Virus record (IMG/VR): IMGVR_UViG_3300017788_001950 | Location: 1,738 to 65,737 of that record | Reading direction: 5' to 3' (one strand) | DNA length: 64,000 bases | Origin: a virus | Lineage: Duplodnaviria; Caudoviricetes | Part shown: one piece after another, positions 20,693 to 30,476 of the stretch | Numbering within the stretch: the first letter of the stretch is position 1 | Layout: each line of letters begins with the position of its first letter | Translations under genes and position numbers: made by a program | Notes under the pieces: model-generated | Databases searched by the model: none | What the model was told of the DNA's origin: nothing | The model's input: only the letters and a program-made list of their open reading frames with translations

Positions 20693-22534
20693 TCAAACTG
20701 CCGTACCAATAATGTCCTGATTCTTGTACTTGATTTCGAAGATGGACCCAGGAGGGCCAAACAGAATTCCTCGAAAGGTGTTTGCTGGAATGTCAAACTG
20801 TTCCGAACTGTATGTCCGACTTCCATTTGTTCCATAGACGTTCTGAACCTCAACCGACACAACCGACACAACGCCAGGGGTGTTGAAAATGATGTTCTGA
20901 ATGTCGCCAATGACCAGGGGCTGGTCAATCTCAAAGTTCTTAATGTCGAAGTAGTCCTTGAGCTTCTGCAAAACGTTTCTGATAACCAACTGACGGTTCT
21001 GGGTTGGATCGGTAACAACCTGGAACTGAATCTGGAGGTTGATGATTCGTGCGTCCAAAATGTCAATGGCGTCCGAGATCATGCGGTATTGATTAAGGAA
21101 TAGAGCCAGGTTCTTCTTGAGAGTGTCTGGTGTTACGATGAGTTGGTTCTGGGCATTTCTGCAAACCACGAATAGCTGGCTGGCCAGCGGGTTATTTGGA
21201 TTCGTCTGAATGCTAGCCCTGTAAACCCTACCAAAATTGGAAGGGAGTGTGTAGACCCTTGCTAGGAGGTCTTCCTTGGTAACGATTCTGCTCTGAGCGG
21301 CTGTAAAAGCAGGAATCTTCTGTTTGAGCTCCTGGATAGTTGGTGCATTTTCACCGCCAGCAGCCCTGTTCTCATTGGACACGTCAACGGAATTCCTTAC
21401 GAAGGAAGCCATGTTTGGGGCTGGGTTGTTTGGAAAGGTAATGTCGAGGCTGGTGACGTTACGGATCGAGTCTGCCTCGACGTTGTGATTGAGACCACCA
21501 CCATAGCGGTAGGTGACCGTGAGTGTCGTGTTAGGAGAAAGTACACCAAAGGTTGTGGTTTGCAAAAGATTGCCAGGATTTAGGGTGTATCTGGAAAACA
21601 CCTTCTTGCCGTAAAGCGGAAGAGAAAACTCGCTGGGGTCTGGGATGATGTCGTCCTCGAGAGTCTCAGCACTACCACCACCGAAAGTAAGGGTGGTGAT
21701 TCTGGTGTCCAGACTTGTTTCTGAGGTGAAACGGTAGGGAGCTGGAATCGGAACCAGATTTTCCCTTACGTCCTGGTTGTCTGGGGCGATGTTAGCAACA
21801 GCCTTGTAAACGGTATCCTGAGTGAGATAGTCCACCTTGTGATATTCATTTCCGTCGCTGTCCAGAACTCGAACAATCTCGGTCACATTCTCATTAGAAA
21901 GAGGAAGCTTCTTAAAGGCCTCAAAGGCACCAATGGAAAAAGTGTCCACGGCCCTAAAGCCAGAAATGCAAACTCCCTCAAGAGAAAGGATGAAGTTGGT
22001 TGGGTTATTGTTTTGGTCTCGGTTGCCGATTGCAATCGTGGCCTCTAGGTCACCGTTTTCCTTTGTACGAGTGAAGTCCAGGGTCTCTGTAAGCTCAAAC
22101 TGAGTACCATTCTGGGCACGAGCCACAGATCCCTCGTGGATTATTGGAAGAGCCGAGGTGTCTGGAAGGGGAGGATTGGAGCCAGAGGCTGGAACCTTGA
22201 CATAGAAGGCACAGTCAACCACCGCAGGTGCAGCACCAACAATTGGAACGCCTGCCTTCTTGAGGTGGCGCTCGATGTTATTGGTTTCGGTTGAGGAATC
22301 TGGGAAGTTTTCCTGGAACTGGTGATCGAGATAGAAGGACTGAACGTCGCCAACATAGGCCGCCATGTCCATTAGAAGGCCACCCAGACCTGCCTCAGAA
22401 AAGTCCTTGATGGCATCAGGAAAATAGGTTCGTGCATACTCAAGCAAATCAGCACGGAGAGCGTCAAAATCCTTGTTAAGGTACTTTCGCTCCCTGATGG
22501 TTTTCAGAATCTGGGTTTTGCTGTCTATTGTCAC
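20693..22534 (-). CDS. Baseplate wedge subunit (T4 gp6/baseplate J-like)
   Basis: 613 aa; YLNKDFDALRADL...DFSEAGLGGLLMDMAAYVGD...FYLD and AAGG...QSRIVTKEDL motifs; adjacent to gp25-like gene. Confidence 0.85.
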   Translation of the reverse strand: MTIDSKTQILKTIRERKYLNKDFDALRADLLEYARTYFPDAIKDFSEAGLGGLLMDMAAYVGDVQSFYLDHQFQENFPDSSTETNNIERHLKKAGVPIVGAAPAVVDCAFYVKVPASGSNPPLPDTSALPIIHEGSVARAQNGTQFELTETLDFTRTKENGDLEATIAIGNRDQNNNPTNFILSLEGVCISGFRAVDTFSIGAFEAFKKLPLSNENVTEIVRVLDSDGNEYHKVDYLTQDTVYKAVANIAPDNQDVRENLVPIPAPYRFTSETSLDTRITTLTFGGGSAETLEDDIIPDPSEFSLPLYGKKVFSRYTLNPGNLLQTTTFGVLSPNTTLTVTYRYGGGLNHNVEADSIRNVTSLDITFPNNPAPNMASFVRNSVDVSNENRAAGGENAPTIQELKQKIPAFTAAQSRIVTKEDLLARVYTLPSNFGRVYRASIQTNPNNPLASQLFVVCRNAQNQLIVTPDTLKKNLALFLNQYRMISDAIDILDARIINLQIQFQVVTDPTQNRQLVIRNVLQKLKDYFDIKNFEIDQPLVIGDIQNIIFNTPGVVSVVSVEVQNVYGTNGSRTYSSEQFDIPANTFRGILFGPPGSIFEIKYKNQDIIGTAV

Positions 22535-22565
22535 GAGAAATCCTAGGGTGGTAAGAGATACAAAG

Positions 22566-23051
22566 CTAAATAACGAACAGGGTGATTTCCAGCATCTCCT
22601 CTGTTAGATTTAGTGCTGGGATGCCATACATGAGGGTCAGGACCACGACGCCCGTGTAGAGGTTGTCAACGTAGTTTGGCTTGGACTCGTAGCCAATGAG
22701 GTTGACAAAGGACATGTACTTTGACACGGCCGAGGAAATTCGTCTCATGGCCTCTTTGTCGAAGTCTTCCTTGTTGGACCACTCCGTGAGCAGCGGCCTT
22801 AGGTTAGCACCGAAGTCATACATGCCCAACCTTTCTCCGTGATTGGAAAGCACCAGATTTCTGAGATTGTCCGCAAGCTGTTCCCTGAGGGAGTAGTGCA
22901 TTACAAACAGGCCCCGCCCATTTTCATCCAATTCCAAGGGCGTCTTAATACCAATTGGCAAAGGATCCGGGCGAATGGTACGCAAGGCATTGCGGCTGGC
23001 ACCCTTGGTGCCAACGTCCTTGAATGAGAGCATTGTGTTTTTGTTTGCCAC
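22566..23051 (-). CDS. Baseplate wedge/sheath initiator (T4 gp25/GPW-like)
   Basis: 161 aa; NLRNLVLSNHGERLGMYDFGANLRPLL is the gp25 family motif. Confidence 0.85.
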   Translation of the reverse strand: MANKNTMLSFKDVGTKGASRNALRTIRPDPLPIGIKTPLELDENGRGLFVMHYSLREQLADNLRNLVLSNHGERLGMYDFGANLRPLLTEWSNKEDFDKEAMRRISSAVSKYMSFVNLIGYESKPNYVDNLYTGVVVLTLMYGIPALNLTEEMLEITLFVI

Positions 23052-23070
23052 GGTTCAGTCTTGGTAATTA

Positions 23071-23412
23071 TCAGCCACTTGAGGGAGTGTAGCGTCTGAT
23101 TGCGGCCGGGTCGATCGTGACAATCTGTTCTGGAATGGCCTCTCGGCCACCAAGTAGTCTTGGGTCCTCGGCATCAAATATGTAGTCGGGCCTAAAGTGC
23201 CCAGTGTAGGCACCCGGTTGTTCCAAAAAGCTCTTGAGCCGCCCCAGTTCCTCTGCAACGTAGCTATCCACAGCATCTGCAACACCATCTGCCAGCCTTT
23301 GGATTTGTTGTTCGGCCAGGGTTCTCTGCTCGGTGGTTAGAGTCGAGCCAGCATTTAGCCATGTGTTAACAAGGGCCTGCTTGATGTCATTTCTGAGTTT
23401 CTGTCTTGTCAT
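23071..23412 (-). CDS. Hypothetical protein (baseplate region)
   Basis: 113 aa ORF between spike-like and gp25-like genes. Confidence 0.55.
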   Translation of the reverse strand: MTRQKLRNDIKQALVNTWLNAGSTLTTEQRTLAEQQIQRLADGVADAVDSYVAEELGRLKSFLEQPGAYTGHFRPDYIFDAEDPRLLGGREAIPEQIVTIDPAAIRRYTPSSG

Positions 23413-23433
23413 GGTTGGTTTCCTGGCGAAAGG

Positions 23434-25140
23434 TCATTGACCGAAAATTTTCTTGGACTTGGCGTCGTCGGGGCGAACCGTGTCAACCTTCTGCTTGATT
23501 GCCTGAATGTTGGCTGCAACCTGAGGCCGTTCCGTTTGGGCCGTTACCACAAGCTGAGTGATTGGAGAATATGGAATAGCTGTGGCTGAGGTGAAAGCCA
23601 GGTGGTGGCTGTCAGCGATTCTCTTTACCTCATCAGCAAGGGCCTTTATCTGTGTCTTGAGTTCCTCGATCTGTGCCTTGTAGTAGGTGAATCTGATGTA
23701 GGGCTCCTTCTCGTCCTCTCCTCGTCCAAGGATAATCCTGTGAGCCTCAAGCTGCATGTCTGCATCCTTGTCGATGTAGAGATAAGCCAGGGTGCCGTTG
23801 GAAGTCTCTGCGTCTGAGGCAGTGGCTGCGGTACTCGGAGTTCCGCCTCTCTGTGCGGTGTCCCTAACGCCCTCTCTAACGATTAGGATTGTGCCATCAA
23901 TGTTAGAGTCCGTGTCCCTTCTGGCGACCACTCTGATGTGATCGGCCTTGGAAACAACGTAACTCCTTCCAAAAACCCCATTTTCCTCTGGCTGGACGTT
24001 TGGAAGGGCCTGATCTGGGTATTCCTGACCCTCATTACCATTGGCAAGAACCAAGCGAAAGTTCTCATCGGCCCGGCTTTGCTGAACCACATAGACCTTT
24101 GCGGCATCATGTCTGTGATCGGGGTCACCTTCTCTTGGGTTGGCCTGGCCTTCCCTTGAGCTTCTGAAAGGATTTTTGTCCGTCTCTCGGAAGTTTCGGG
24201 TGTTGGTTGTTACCAGGGGGCTGGTGCTCTTGTCCTGCGGGGGATTTGTGCTCTGCGAGCCCTCACGGGGGTTGTTTCCTGGCTCTGGAAAGTAGCGACC
24301 CCTACCTGCGATGATTTGAACGGCGGCGGCCTGTCTTGGGGCCGTTGGAGACGATCTCTGGATATCCACAGGGGTATCCTGGATCGACCCGGAGATAGGA
24401 CCATTGCGGTCCTCTCCCAGAACGATAATGGCATTGTTGGAACCCTGGAGAACAAACTCCTGAGGTCTTTTCTTCCATCTTGGAACTGGCTCCGGGGTAA
24501 TGTACCTAGCAGAGACGCTAGTGTCCGCAATGACCTGATAGGGATTTGTGTCAATGGTTCCGCTAGGCTGGAGAGTAAACGTGTCAGCGGTATTCCCACC
24601 GTTCTGAAACCCGACTGCGGGTGGGCTTGTGTTTCTATCTGAAACCTGCTTGGTTGTGTAGTGGGCCGGATTTGAGGTCGGGTCAAATCTCCTGTCATAG
24701 TGGGTGAAGTTGGCGTCCTCGACCGTCTGCTCGCTGTGGATTCTGGTAAGCCAGTAGCCAACCTTTGCACCGGTACCGCTGTAGTCCTCATAGATAACAA
24801 ACACCTGCTCCCCAGGTTGAACCGGGAGCATGAAATGCGAGGAGAACATGGGGAAAAAGACGGCATGGGTGCTCGGACCAACGCCACCCTGGTTGCTTAC
24901 GATACGCCCGATGATGGAGCCGACCGGCATTATGTCAATAAGCTCTGGGTTGTTGACAAGATTGGCAAGGTCGTCCAGGTATTCCTCCGAAAGAAGGGAG
25001 GTGTCCATGATTACGTCCACAACCACTGCTCTTTGAAGGGACGGGGATTCCCCTTGGGTTGCAAGTTGCCTTACATGGCCCTCGATTGAGGATCCTGCTC
25101 TTCCAATCCTACGAGTAGCTGTAGTGACGATACGGCTCAT
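23434..25140 (-). CDS. Putative baseplate hub/central spike protein (gp5/VgrG-like N-terminal OB fold)
   Basis: 568 aa; FFPMFSSHFMLPVQPGEQVFVI...GYWL resembles a gp5 OB-fold; VLQGSNNAIIVLG beta-helix-like segment; position upstream of gp25. Confidence 0.6.
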   Translation of the reverse strand: MSRIVTTATRRIGRAGSSIEGHVRQLATQGESPSLQRAVVVDVIMDTSLLSEEYLDDLANLVNNPELIDIMPVGSIIGRIVSNQGGVGPSTHAVFFPMFSSHFMLPVQPGEQVFVIYEDYSGTGAKVGYWLTRIHSEQTVEDANFTHYDRRFDPTSNPAHYTTKQVSDRNTSPPAVGFQNGGNTADTFTLQPSGTIDTNPYQVIADTSVSARYITPEPVPRWKKRPQEFVLQGSNNAIIVLGEDRNGPISGSIQDTPVDIQRSSPTAPRQAAAVQIIAGRGRYFPEPGNNPREGSQSTNPPQDKSTSPLVTTNTRNFRETDKNPFRSSREGQANPREGDPDHRHDAAKVYVVQQSRADENFRLVLANGNEGQEYPDQALPNVQPEENGVFGRSYVVSKADHIRVVARRDTDSNIDGTILIVREGVRDTAQRGGTPSTAATASDAETSNGTLAYLYIDKDADMQLEAHRIILGRGEDEKEPYIRFTYYKAQIEELKTQIKALADEVKRIADSHHLAFTSATAIPYSPITQLVVTAQTERPQVAANIQAIKQKVDTVRPDDAKSKKIFGQ

Positions 25141-25204
25141 AACAGAGATAGATATAGACTAACCCATTTTTCAAGAAACTCAAAGGAATCCTGAAGGAAT
25201 GGGC

Positions 25205-27349
25205 TTACTTGCCGTATCTGAAAATGCCCAAAATCTGGTTGAGGGCACTGAATGGATAGGTCAACTTATAGGTATTTCCCTTCCATTGAAAGACCACGCC
25301 CTCGATGGCATTCTTAAGCTCACCGGTCTGAGCCATCTTTGCGAGGTTTGCGGCAAGTTTTGCCGACATTTCAGGGTTGAGTGCACCGGAATCCAACTGG
25401 TCCTTGATGTTATCCAACTCCTGAGCAAGCCTCTGTGTTTCTTTCTTGGGCTCCAAAAGAAGAATGCTGTGTAGGTCGTTAAGAACCTGAAGGGTCAGGA
25501 GGTTGATTCCCATCACCACATCCTCGATTGCTCTTTTGCCAATCAAGTCGGCCTTTGCAAGGAGCTCCTTGACAGCAGTATTTTGTTCAAGAGGAGTGTT
25601 ACCAAGAGAAATCCTTGCAGCCTCTAGAGCAACTAGAATCGCTTGCCTACGTTCGCTCGTCTTTCCATCAATGGCAGCCAAGGCTTTTCGGGCTTCTTCT
25701 GGCCATTCACCAATTTGAGGAAGACTTGAGGCAAGGGCTGATTCCACCAGGTCTCTGAGGGTTGAATTGTTGCTGAGACCATACTTGCCCTGTACGAAGT
25801 TTAGGGCCTGAAAACCCTCTGCAAAGGCCTTTACATCCTTCACGCCCAGAAGCTGTCTAACCTTTGGACCATGAATTTGCCAGTTCTTCTGGGCAATTTG
25901 CGTCTTGGTATTTCCAATCAAACTAATCAGGGAGTTGAAAATCTCAGGGTTCTGCATCTGAACAGCCTCTCCGTTCTGGTTAACGGACAAAGCCGAATCA
26001 TGGATAACGAGATGGTCGCCATCGTAGTTGATCACGTTAGGGTTTGCAGAGCTTGTCACCTCAGCAGAAAACCACACATTACCATTTGGACCAAACAGTT
26101 TTGACAGAACATTCTTATTCAGATGCGAGATGCTAGCCTGCAAAACGTCATAGGCCTCCAAGTAGGCAGTCTGTACCTTTGGAAGTGCAGCCCACTTGGC
26201 AACAATTTCCTCACGACCAATTCCACCAGTCTTGAGATGGCTCTTGTTTCGGGCAAACTTTACCTGACCCTTGGACACGTCATAGGTGAAGAAAACGTTC
26301 TGACCGTCAATCTTTTCCGTAACCGGAATGACATTTTTCCTTGAGGCCAGAGTTCGGAAGATATCCTTGATCTCAGCAAAGGTAAGGTCCAGGTTATCCT
26401 GGAGGTGAGACATGTGTCCACCAAGACCACCCTCAGTCAAGTAATGTTTGACTCCAATCTCCTCTGTGAAGCCGTAGTCCAGAACAACCACTCTTCCATC
26501 AGCGGTCATACCCAGATGCTCATCACGCATCATGATGTCGTCCAGTTCAAGACCCATTGTTCTTTTCATCTCTAGAAGTCCAGTTAGAAAAGTCACAGTG
26601 GTTGACATGTCTATCTTTGCCATGGCATGAGCCATTTTTGTTTCACGTTTTTTGAGCTCTCTCTTGCAGGCCCTGATGACAGTCTGAAAAAGCTCAGGAT
26701 CTACTGGCTCATCGTCCCTCTCAGCATTTTCGATTTGAGTTATCTTAGGTCTGAGCGCAACACCTTCATGTCCTTCTGGTCTTGGAAAGCCATGAAACCA
26801 AATATACTTGTCCCACTCAACATAGTGTTCCCTGAAGCCGCTATGGATAATGTTCTCGATGCTTTTTGTTGAGTCTTTGGATGCAAGCTCGAGCTCGCGG
26901 AGTAAAAACGAAATGTTGTAGTCAGACGGGAAGCCCAGGCGAGACCGTGCATATTGGCCTCTGCCGGTATCCAGTGGTTTCACCAATTCCGATATGATCC
27001 AGTGGAAATCTCGGTCGTAGTCGAAGACCTTGGCAACCACGGGCTTAGCCAAAGGATTGCTGAATACGTCCACCTCGGCTTTGTTCTGCGCCTTGCCAGC
27101 CGATCGCATCCCATAGGCAATTTTGAGAACCTTACCGGAGTCATACAAAAATACGGCTCTGCTGGAACCCTTGCCAAGGAATTGAAGACGTGCCATGGCA
27201 TACTCATAGGCTTGCTTTTCACTAAAGAGTTTTCGGAACTCTCGAATATCAAAATGCTTGTTGCCGGTTACTCGAATTTCACCCATTTCCTCCTCTAGTG
27301 GTCTATTGGAGGTCTCTATGAATTCAAGTAGTGATTGGAGGTTGCTCAC
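25205..27349 (-). CDS. Protein kinase-like domain fused to RNA-ligase-like nucleotidyltransferase domain
   Basis: 714 aa; kinase motifs LGKGSSRAVF, VLKIA, NKAE, VVLDYG; after LTEGGLGGHMSH, ligase-type motifs EKIDG (KxDG), SAEV, EGVVF, YKL. Confidence 0.65.
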   Translation of the reverse strand: MSNLQSLLEFIETSNRPLEEEMGEIRVTGNKHFDIREFRKLFSEKQAYEYAMARLQFLGKGSSRAVFLYDSGKVLKIAYGMRSAGKAQNKAEVDVFSNPLAKPVVAKVFDYDRDFHWIISELVKPLDTGRGQYARSRLGFPSDYNISFLLRELELASKDSTKSIENIIHSGFREHYVEWDKYIWFHGFPRPEGHEGVALRPKITQIENAERDDEPVDPELFQTVIRACKRELKKRETKMAHAMAKIDMSTTVTFLTGLLEMKRTMGLELDDIMMRDEHLGMTADGRVVVLDYGFTEEIGVKHYLTEGGLGGHMSHLQDNLDLTFAEIKDIFRTLASRKNVIPVTEKIDGQNVFFTYDVSKGQVKFARNKSHLKTGGIGREEIVAKWAALPKVQTAYLEAYDVLQASISHLNKNVLSKLFGPNGNVWFSAEVTSSANPNVINYDGDHLVIHDSALSVNQNGEAVQMQNPEIFNSLISLIGNTKTQIAQKNWQIHGPKVRQLLGVKDVKAFAEGFQALNFVQGKYGLSNNSTLRDLVESALASSLPQIGEWPEEARKALAAIDGKTSERRQAILVALEAARISLGNTPLEQNTAVKELLAKADLIGKRAIEDVVMGINLLTLQVLNDLHSILLLEPKKETQRLAQELDNIKDQLDSGALNPEMSAKLAANLAKMAQTGELKNAIEGVVFQWKGNTYKLTYPFSALNQILGIFRYGK

Positions 27350-27358
27350 GGGTTGCTC

Positions 27359-27847
27359 TCAGTGCCCATCCTGGGCGGTTTTCTGAATGTGAGCATACAT
27401 CTCATCCTCGGTCATGGTTTCATCAATCTGCTCCTGGGAGGCACTGGAAACCATCTCGGCTAGCTTGAGGATTTGATCATTGGCCTTGGACATGCGCTCC
27501 ATGTACCTGGAAAGGTTCTGACCATGGATTGCGTGCTCCGTGGGATTGGTGGAAACGAACACATAGAGGTCTGCCCACATGATGTAGGCGTTGTTTCTGT
27601 CCTGCACAGCGTTCTCATAGATTTGCTTCCACAGGGCCTTCTGCTTGTCCTCGACCGAGGAAAGGTTGTTCAGAAGCCCGGAAAAGTCCAGGAGCTGACG
27701 GTTGATTTTCTGGTCAAGCTCGTGAACGTCAACGCCCTTGAACTTCGTTGGTTCTCCTGTTGGAACCGAGGGCTCATCCGGTGGCATTTGACCTGGAAAG
27801 GATTGAGCAGGAGGAGTGTACACATTGGATTTTTTGCGTGTTGACAT
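27359..27847 (-). CDS. Hypothetical helical protein
   Basis: 162 aa ATG ORF with GAGG upstream. Confidence 0.6.
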   Translation of the reverse strand: MSTRKKSNVYTPPAQSFPGQMPPDEPSVPTGEPTKFKGVDVHELDQKINRQLLDFSGLLNNLSSVEDKQKALWKQIYENAVQDRNNAYIMWADLYVFVSTNPTEHAIHGQNLSRYMERMSKANDQILKLAEMVSSASQEQIDETMTEDEMYAHIQKTAQDGH

Positions 27848-27865
27848 TCGTAACCTCTTGATATC

Positions 27866-27877
27866 CCCTAATTAGGG
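27866..27877. promoter_or_regulatory. Palindromic putative bidirectional late promoter CCCTAATTAGGG
   Basis: Perfect 12-bp palindrome centred between divergent genes; core CTAATTAG fits the late motif on both strands. Confidence 0.5.
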
Positions 27878-27901
27878 AAGGAAAAGCGAAAGTCCAAGGT
27901 T

Positions 27902-29104
27902 ATGAGCACCAGTCCTCAAGTCTACATCCACCTAACCGACAAACAGGGTGCCCTGGGCATTCAGAAAACCAAGACTCTCTGGGCAAGCTCCATCGTTGAG
28001 GGCGTCTATGCCGTTGCCGTTGGAGGAACCTTCGTTCCTGATGTTCAGATGACACGCCTGGGCCGGGCAAAATCTCGTTTAACCGCCGTCTATTTCACGA
28101 CTCCTCTTCTCCCGGACTACTGCACCCCAGAGGAGTGCGTCTGGAAGCACTCAGAAATCCCTGTAACAATCGTCAAAATCGCCAATGCACTCCAGGCCAG
28201 GCGGGACCTTGACAGCTCCCTAGGGGTTTTAAACAAAGACTCCTATCGGGAGCGCCTGATGATTCCCACAAAAGAGATGCCAGATCCAGAAAATCCCCCA
28301 GACTTCCTAATTGACGAAAATCTAGAAACCCCTACAATTAAGGCCTTGGTTGAGAATTTGGTGGAAAACGTCCTTTTGGGACTGTCAGAGGAGATTGAGG
28401 AGGCCGCAAAGACCCCGGAACAGGCAGCCCAGGCCAACTTGGCCCTGTATGGCATATTTCTAGGTGATGTGATTCACCTTTATCTGTTTGACAAAAGCAA
28501 ACTGACCACATTCATTGAACTACGGGATCTCTTGAGGGAGTCCAATGCAGTCTTCGACAGGCGACTCCCTGAGATCCTACCGCCTGATCAGGCTGGAAAG
28601 ATAACGACCTCTGAGCAAGTCAAGGCGTATGCCGAGCAGCTCCTAGGAGAAATCCTCCTGGGCACCATTGCGGCCACGGTGGCCTTTGAGCGGAGCCAAA
28701 ACAACGAGAAGATTTGGAGAGTGACGCAGTCTTCCGCAGAAAAAGGATATGGCCCTTTGCTGTATGAGGCTATGATGACCTTCATTAATGGAGACTGGAT
28801 TGCTCCTGATGCAAGCTCGGTGAGTCCTTCAGCAGAAAAGGTCTGGTCTACGTTTGCAAAAAGACCTGACATGCAAAAGGAACCCTCTAAACAGGAAAAT
28901 CATCGCCACGACCCTGATGAGGCCCCTGATCTTACATTCATCTATAAACCCAAGGGTCCACGAGACACTAGCGCCCACAAGAAGCTACTAAACAACGCTG
29001 ACCATCCAAGCAACCAACTTACAAATCCCGGCAGGTTCTTTTCGCAGATAGGAAGTAAGTTCTTTAGCAAGAAGTATCAGGCGGCCATTAGAGACGGACA
29101 CTGA
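27902..29104 (+). CDS. Two-domain protein: ADP-ribosyltransferase-like N-terminus and GNAT-like C-terminus
   Basis: 400 aa, only credible plus-strand gene; YIHLTD...I...LWAS...GVYAV resembles H-Y type ART domains; AEKGYGPLLYEAMM...SVSPSAEKVW resembles a GNAT acetyl-CoA motif; Glu-rich linker. Confidence 0.5.
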   Translation: MSTSPQVYIHLTDKQGALGIQKTKTLWASSIVEGVYAVAVGGTFVPDVQMTRLGRAKSRLTAVYFTTPLLPDYCTPEECVWKHSEIPVTIVKIANALQARRDLDSSLGVLNKDSYRERLMIPTKEMPDPENPPDFLIDENLETPTIKALVENLVENVLLGLSEEIEEAAKTPEQAAQANLALYGIFLGDVIHLYLFDKSKLTTFIELRDLLRESNAVFDRRLPEILPPDQAGKITTSEQVKAYAEQLLGEILLGTIAATVAFERSQNNEKIWRVTQSSAEKGYGPLLYEAMMTFINGDWIAPDASSVSPSAEKVWSTFAKRPDMQKEPSKQENHRHDPDEAPDLTFIYKPKGPRDTSAHKKLLNNADHPSNQLTNPGRFFSQIGSKFFSKKYQAAIRDGH

Positions 29105-29108
29105 GAAC

Positions 29109-30029
29109 TCAGTTGTCCTCTAGTCTCTTGATTTCCTTGTAGTGCTTCTTGAGAGAACTGAGGACAATGGAGAGCTGCTTGGAGCTTAGGTTGGTCATTT
29201 CCCTGATGTAAAGAAGAACGGCCCTCTTGCTGAGAAGGTCAACTTCCTCAATCCTGGAAACCAAGTCCTTGATGGCCCTGACACAGATGATTTCACTTTC
29301 TGTCTTGACACGACCCTCAATGGCATCCACCATCTTCTTGAGCTGTTCATGGGCACTGCCAGAGCTAAGAACCTCGTCCCAGCTAGGCATCACCTGATAG
29401 TTCTCAATCATCTCTAGGTCTTCTTTCGAGATTTCATCCCGATTGTCGATTGAGATATAGGTCTGAGTCTTCTTTGCGTTCTGCTTGCTCTTAATCGTAA
29501 GCCAGTTTTTAGCAACGACATTGAAATAAGAGAAGGCCTTAGAACCCTTGCTAGGATTGAATTTGCCAACTGCCGTGTATAGAAATTCGAGACACTCACT
29601 TTTTAGATCCTGCTTACTTTCATGCATGACGGTGAAGCCGTACACATTGATCAGGTTCTCGACCAAGGAATCAAAGGCAGGCAGGATTTCCGTCACATAA
29701 ATCTTCTTCTTGCTCTCCACATTGGATGCCTCCTGATAGGAGACAATTGCGGCTTGCGTCTTCTCGTCAAAATAGTTGAGGCTAGCCTTCGTGCCTGGCT
29801 TCCTGCGGGTGATTTTCTTTCTCTGAAGTTTGGTGCCTAGGTTACCCTTGCTCATGTCGAGCGAGTTGTCCATCCCAAAATCTTCCACCGGAAGGCCAGT
29901 GATGGCTTCCTTCATAGAGACAATCTCACGATCAAAAGCACTGTGATCGTAGGAAGACACCTTCTTGAACTTCTTTCGACCTGTTCTTGGCTTGTTGGCC
30001 TGAGCAGTTTCATGTGTTTTCGTAACCAA
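29109..30029 (-). CDS. Phage RNA polymerase sigma factor (T4 gp55-like late sigma)
   Basis: NYFDEKTQAAIV...DLKSECLEFL...KFNPSKGSKAFSYFNVVAKN matches the sigma region 2 pattern of large-phage sigma factors; start uncertain. Confidence 0.7.
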   Translation of the reverse strand: MVTKTHETAQANKPRTGRKKFKKVSSYDHSAFDREIVSMKEAITGLPVEDFGMDNSLDMSKGNLGTKLQRKKITRRKPGTKASLNYFDEKTQAAIVSYQEASNVESKKKIYVTEILPAFDSLVENLINVYGFTVMHESKQDLKSECLEFLYTAVGKFNPSKGSKAFSYFNVVAKNWLTIKSKQNAKKTQTYISIDNRDEISKEDLEMIENYQVMPSWDEVLSSGSAHEQLKKMVDAIEGRVKTESEIICVRAIKDLVSRIEEVDLLSKRAVLLYIREMTNLSSKQLSIVLSSLKKHYKEIKRLEDN

Positions 30030-30044
30030 GTTAAAGGCGTCCTT

Positions 30045-30476
30045 TCATTGGAGAGGAAGGTTTGGCCCTCTGTCCAGGGAAGATCCATCAAAGTCCGATG
30101 GAGGGGCTACTCTAGCACCACCCTGGGCTAGAGCCTCTGGAGACGGGATCTCCTCTTCTTGGATAACTACGTACTTCTGCTTGCTTCGATCCACAAATTT
30201 CTGAACCAATCTGGTCACAGCAATTTTTCCGGCCTTTAGTTCAGCCATGGATTCTTGCACAACCATCTTCACTTCCTTGCTGTCGAAGAAAAGCTGCATC
30301 TTGAGAATTTTTTCAAGGCTAGCCTCGACTGACTCAAGACTCTCTATGGCCTCGGAAAAATCATCTTCCAGAAGGAGAATGATGTTTGAGAAACGCCACA
30401 GATAGGTTGCTGCAATACCGAGCACCACGAGGAGCATGAGATTGAGCAGAGCAGAAATAACCAGAAACCAAATCAT
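30045..30476 (-). CDS. Membrane-anchored coiled-coil hypothetical protein
   Basis: 143 aa; hydrophobic N-terminal helix then amphipathic helices. Confidence 0.6.
   Translation of the reverse strand: MIWFLVISALLNLMLLVVLGIAATYLWRFSNIILLLEDDFSEAIESLESVEASLEKILKMQLFFDSKEVKMVVQESMAELKAGKIAVTRLVQKFVDRSKQKYVVIQEEEIPSPEALAQGGARVAPPSDFDGSSLDRGPNLPLQ

Noticed and set aside
20693-25140. Extracellular contractile injection system or T6SS
   Set aside because: The surrounding phage sigma factor, PhoH, Prim-Pol, nuclease and dense orphan genes fit a large phage better, although capsid and terminase genes are not in this window.
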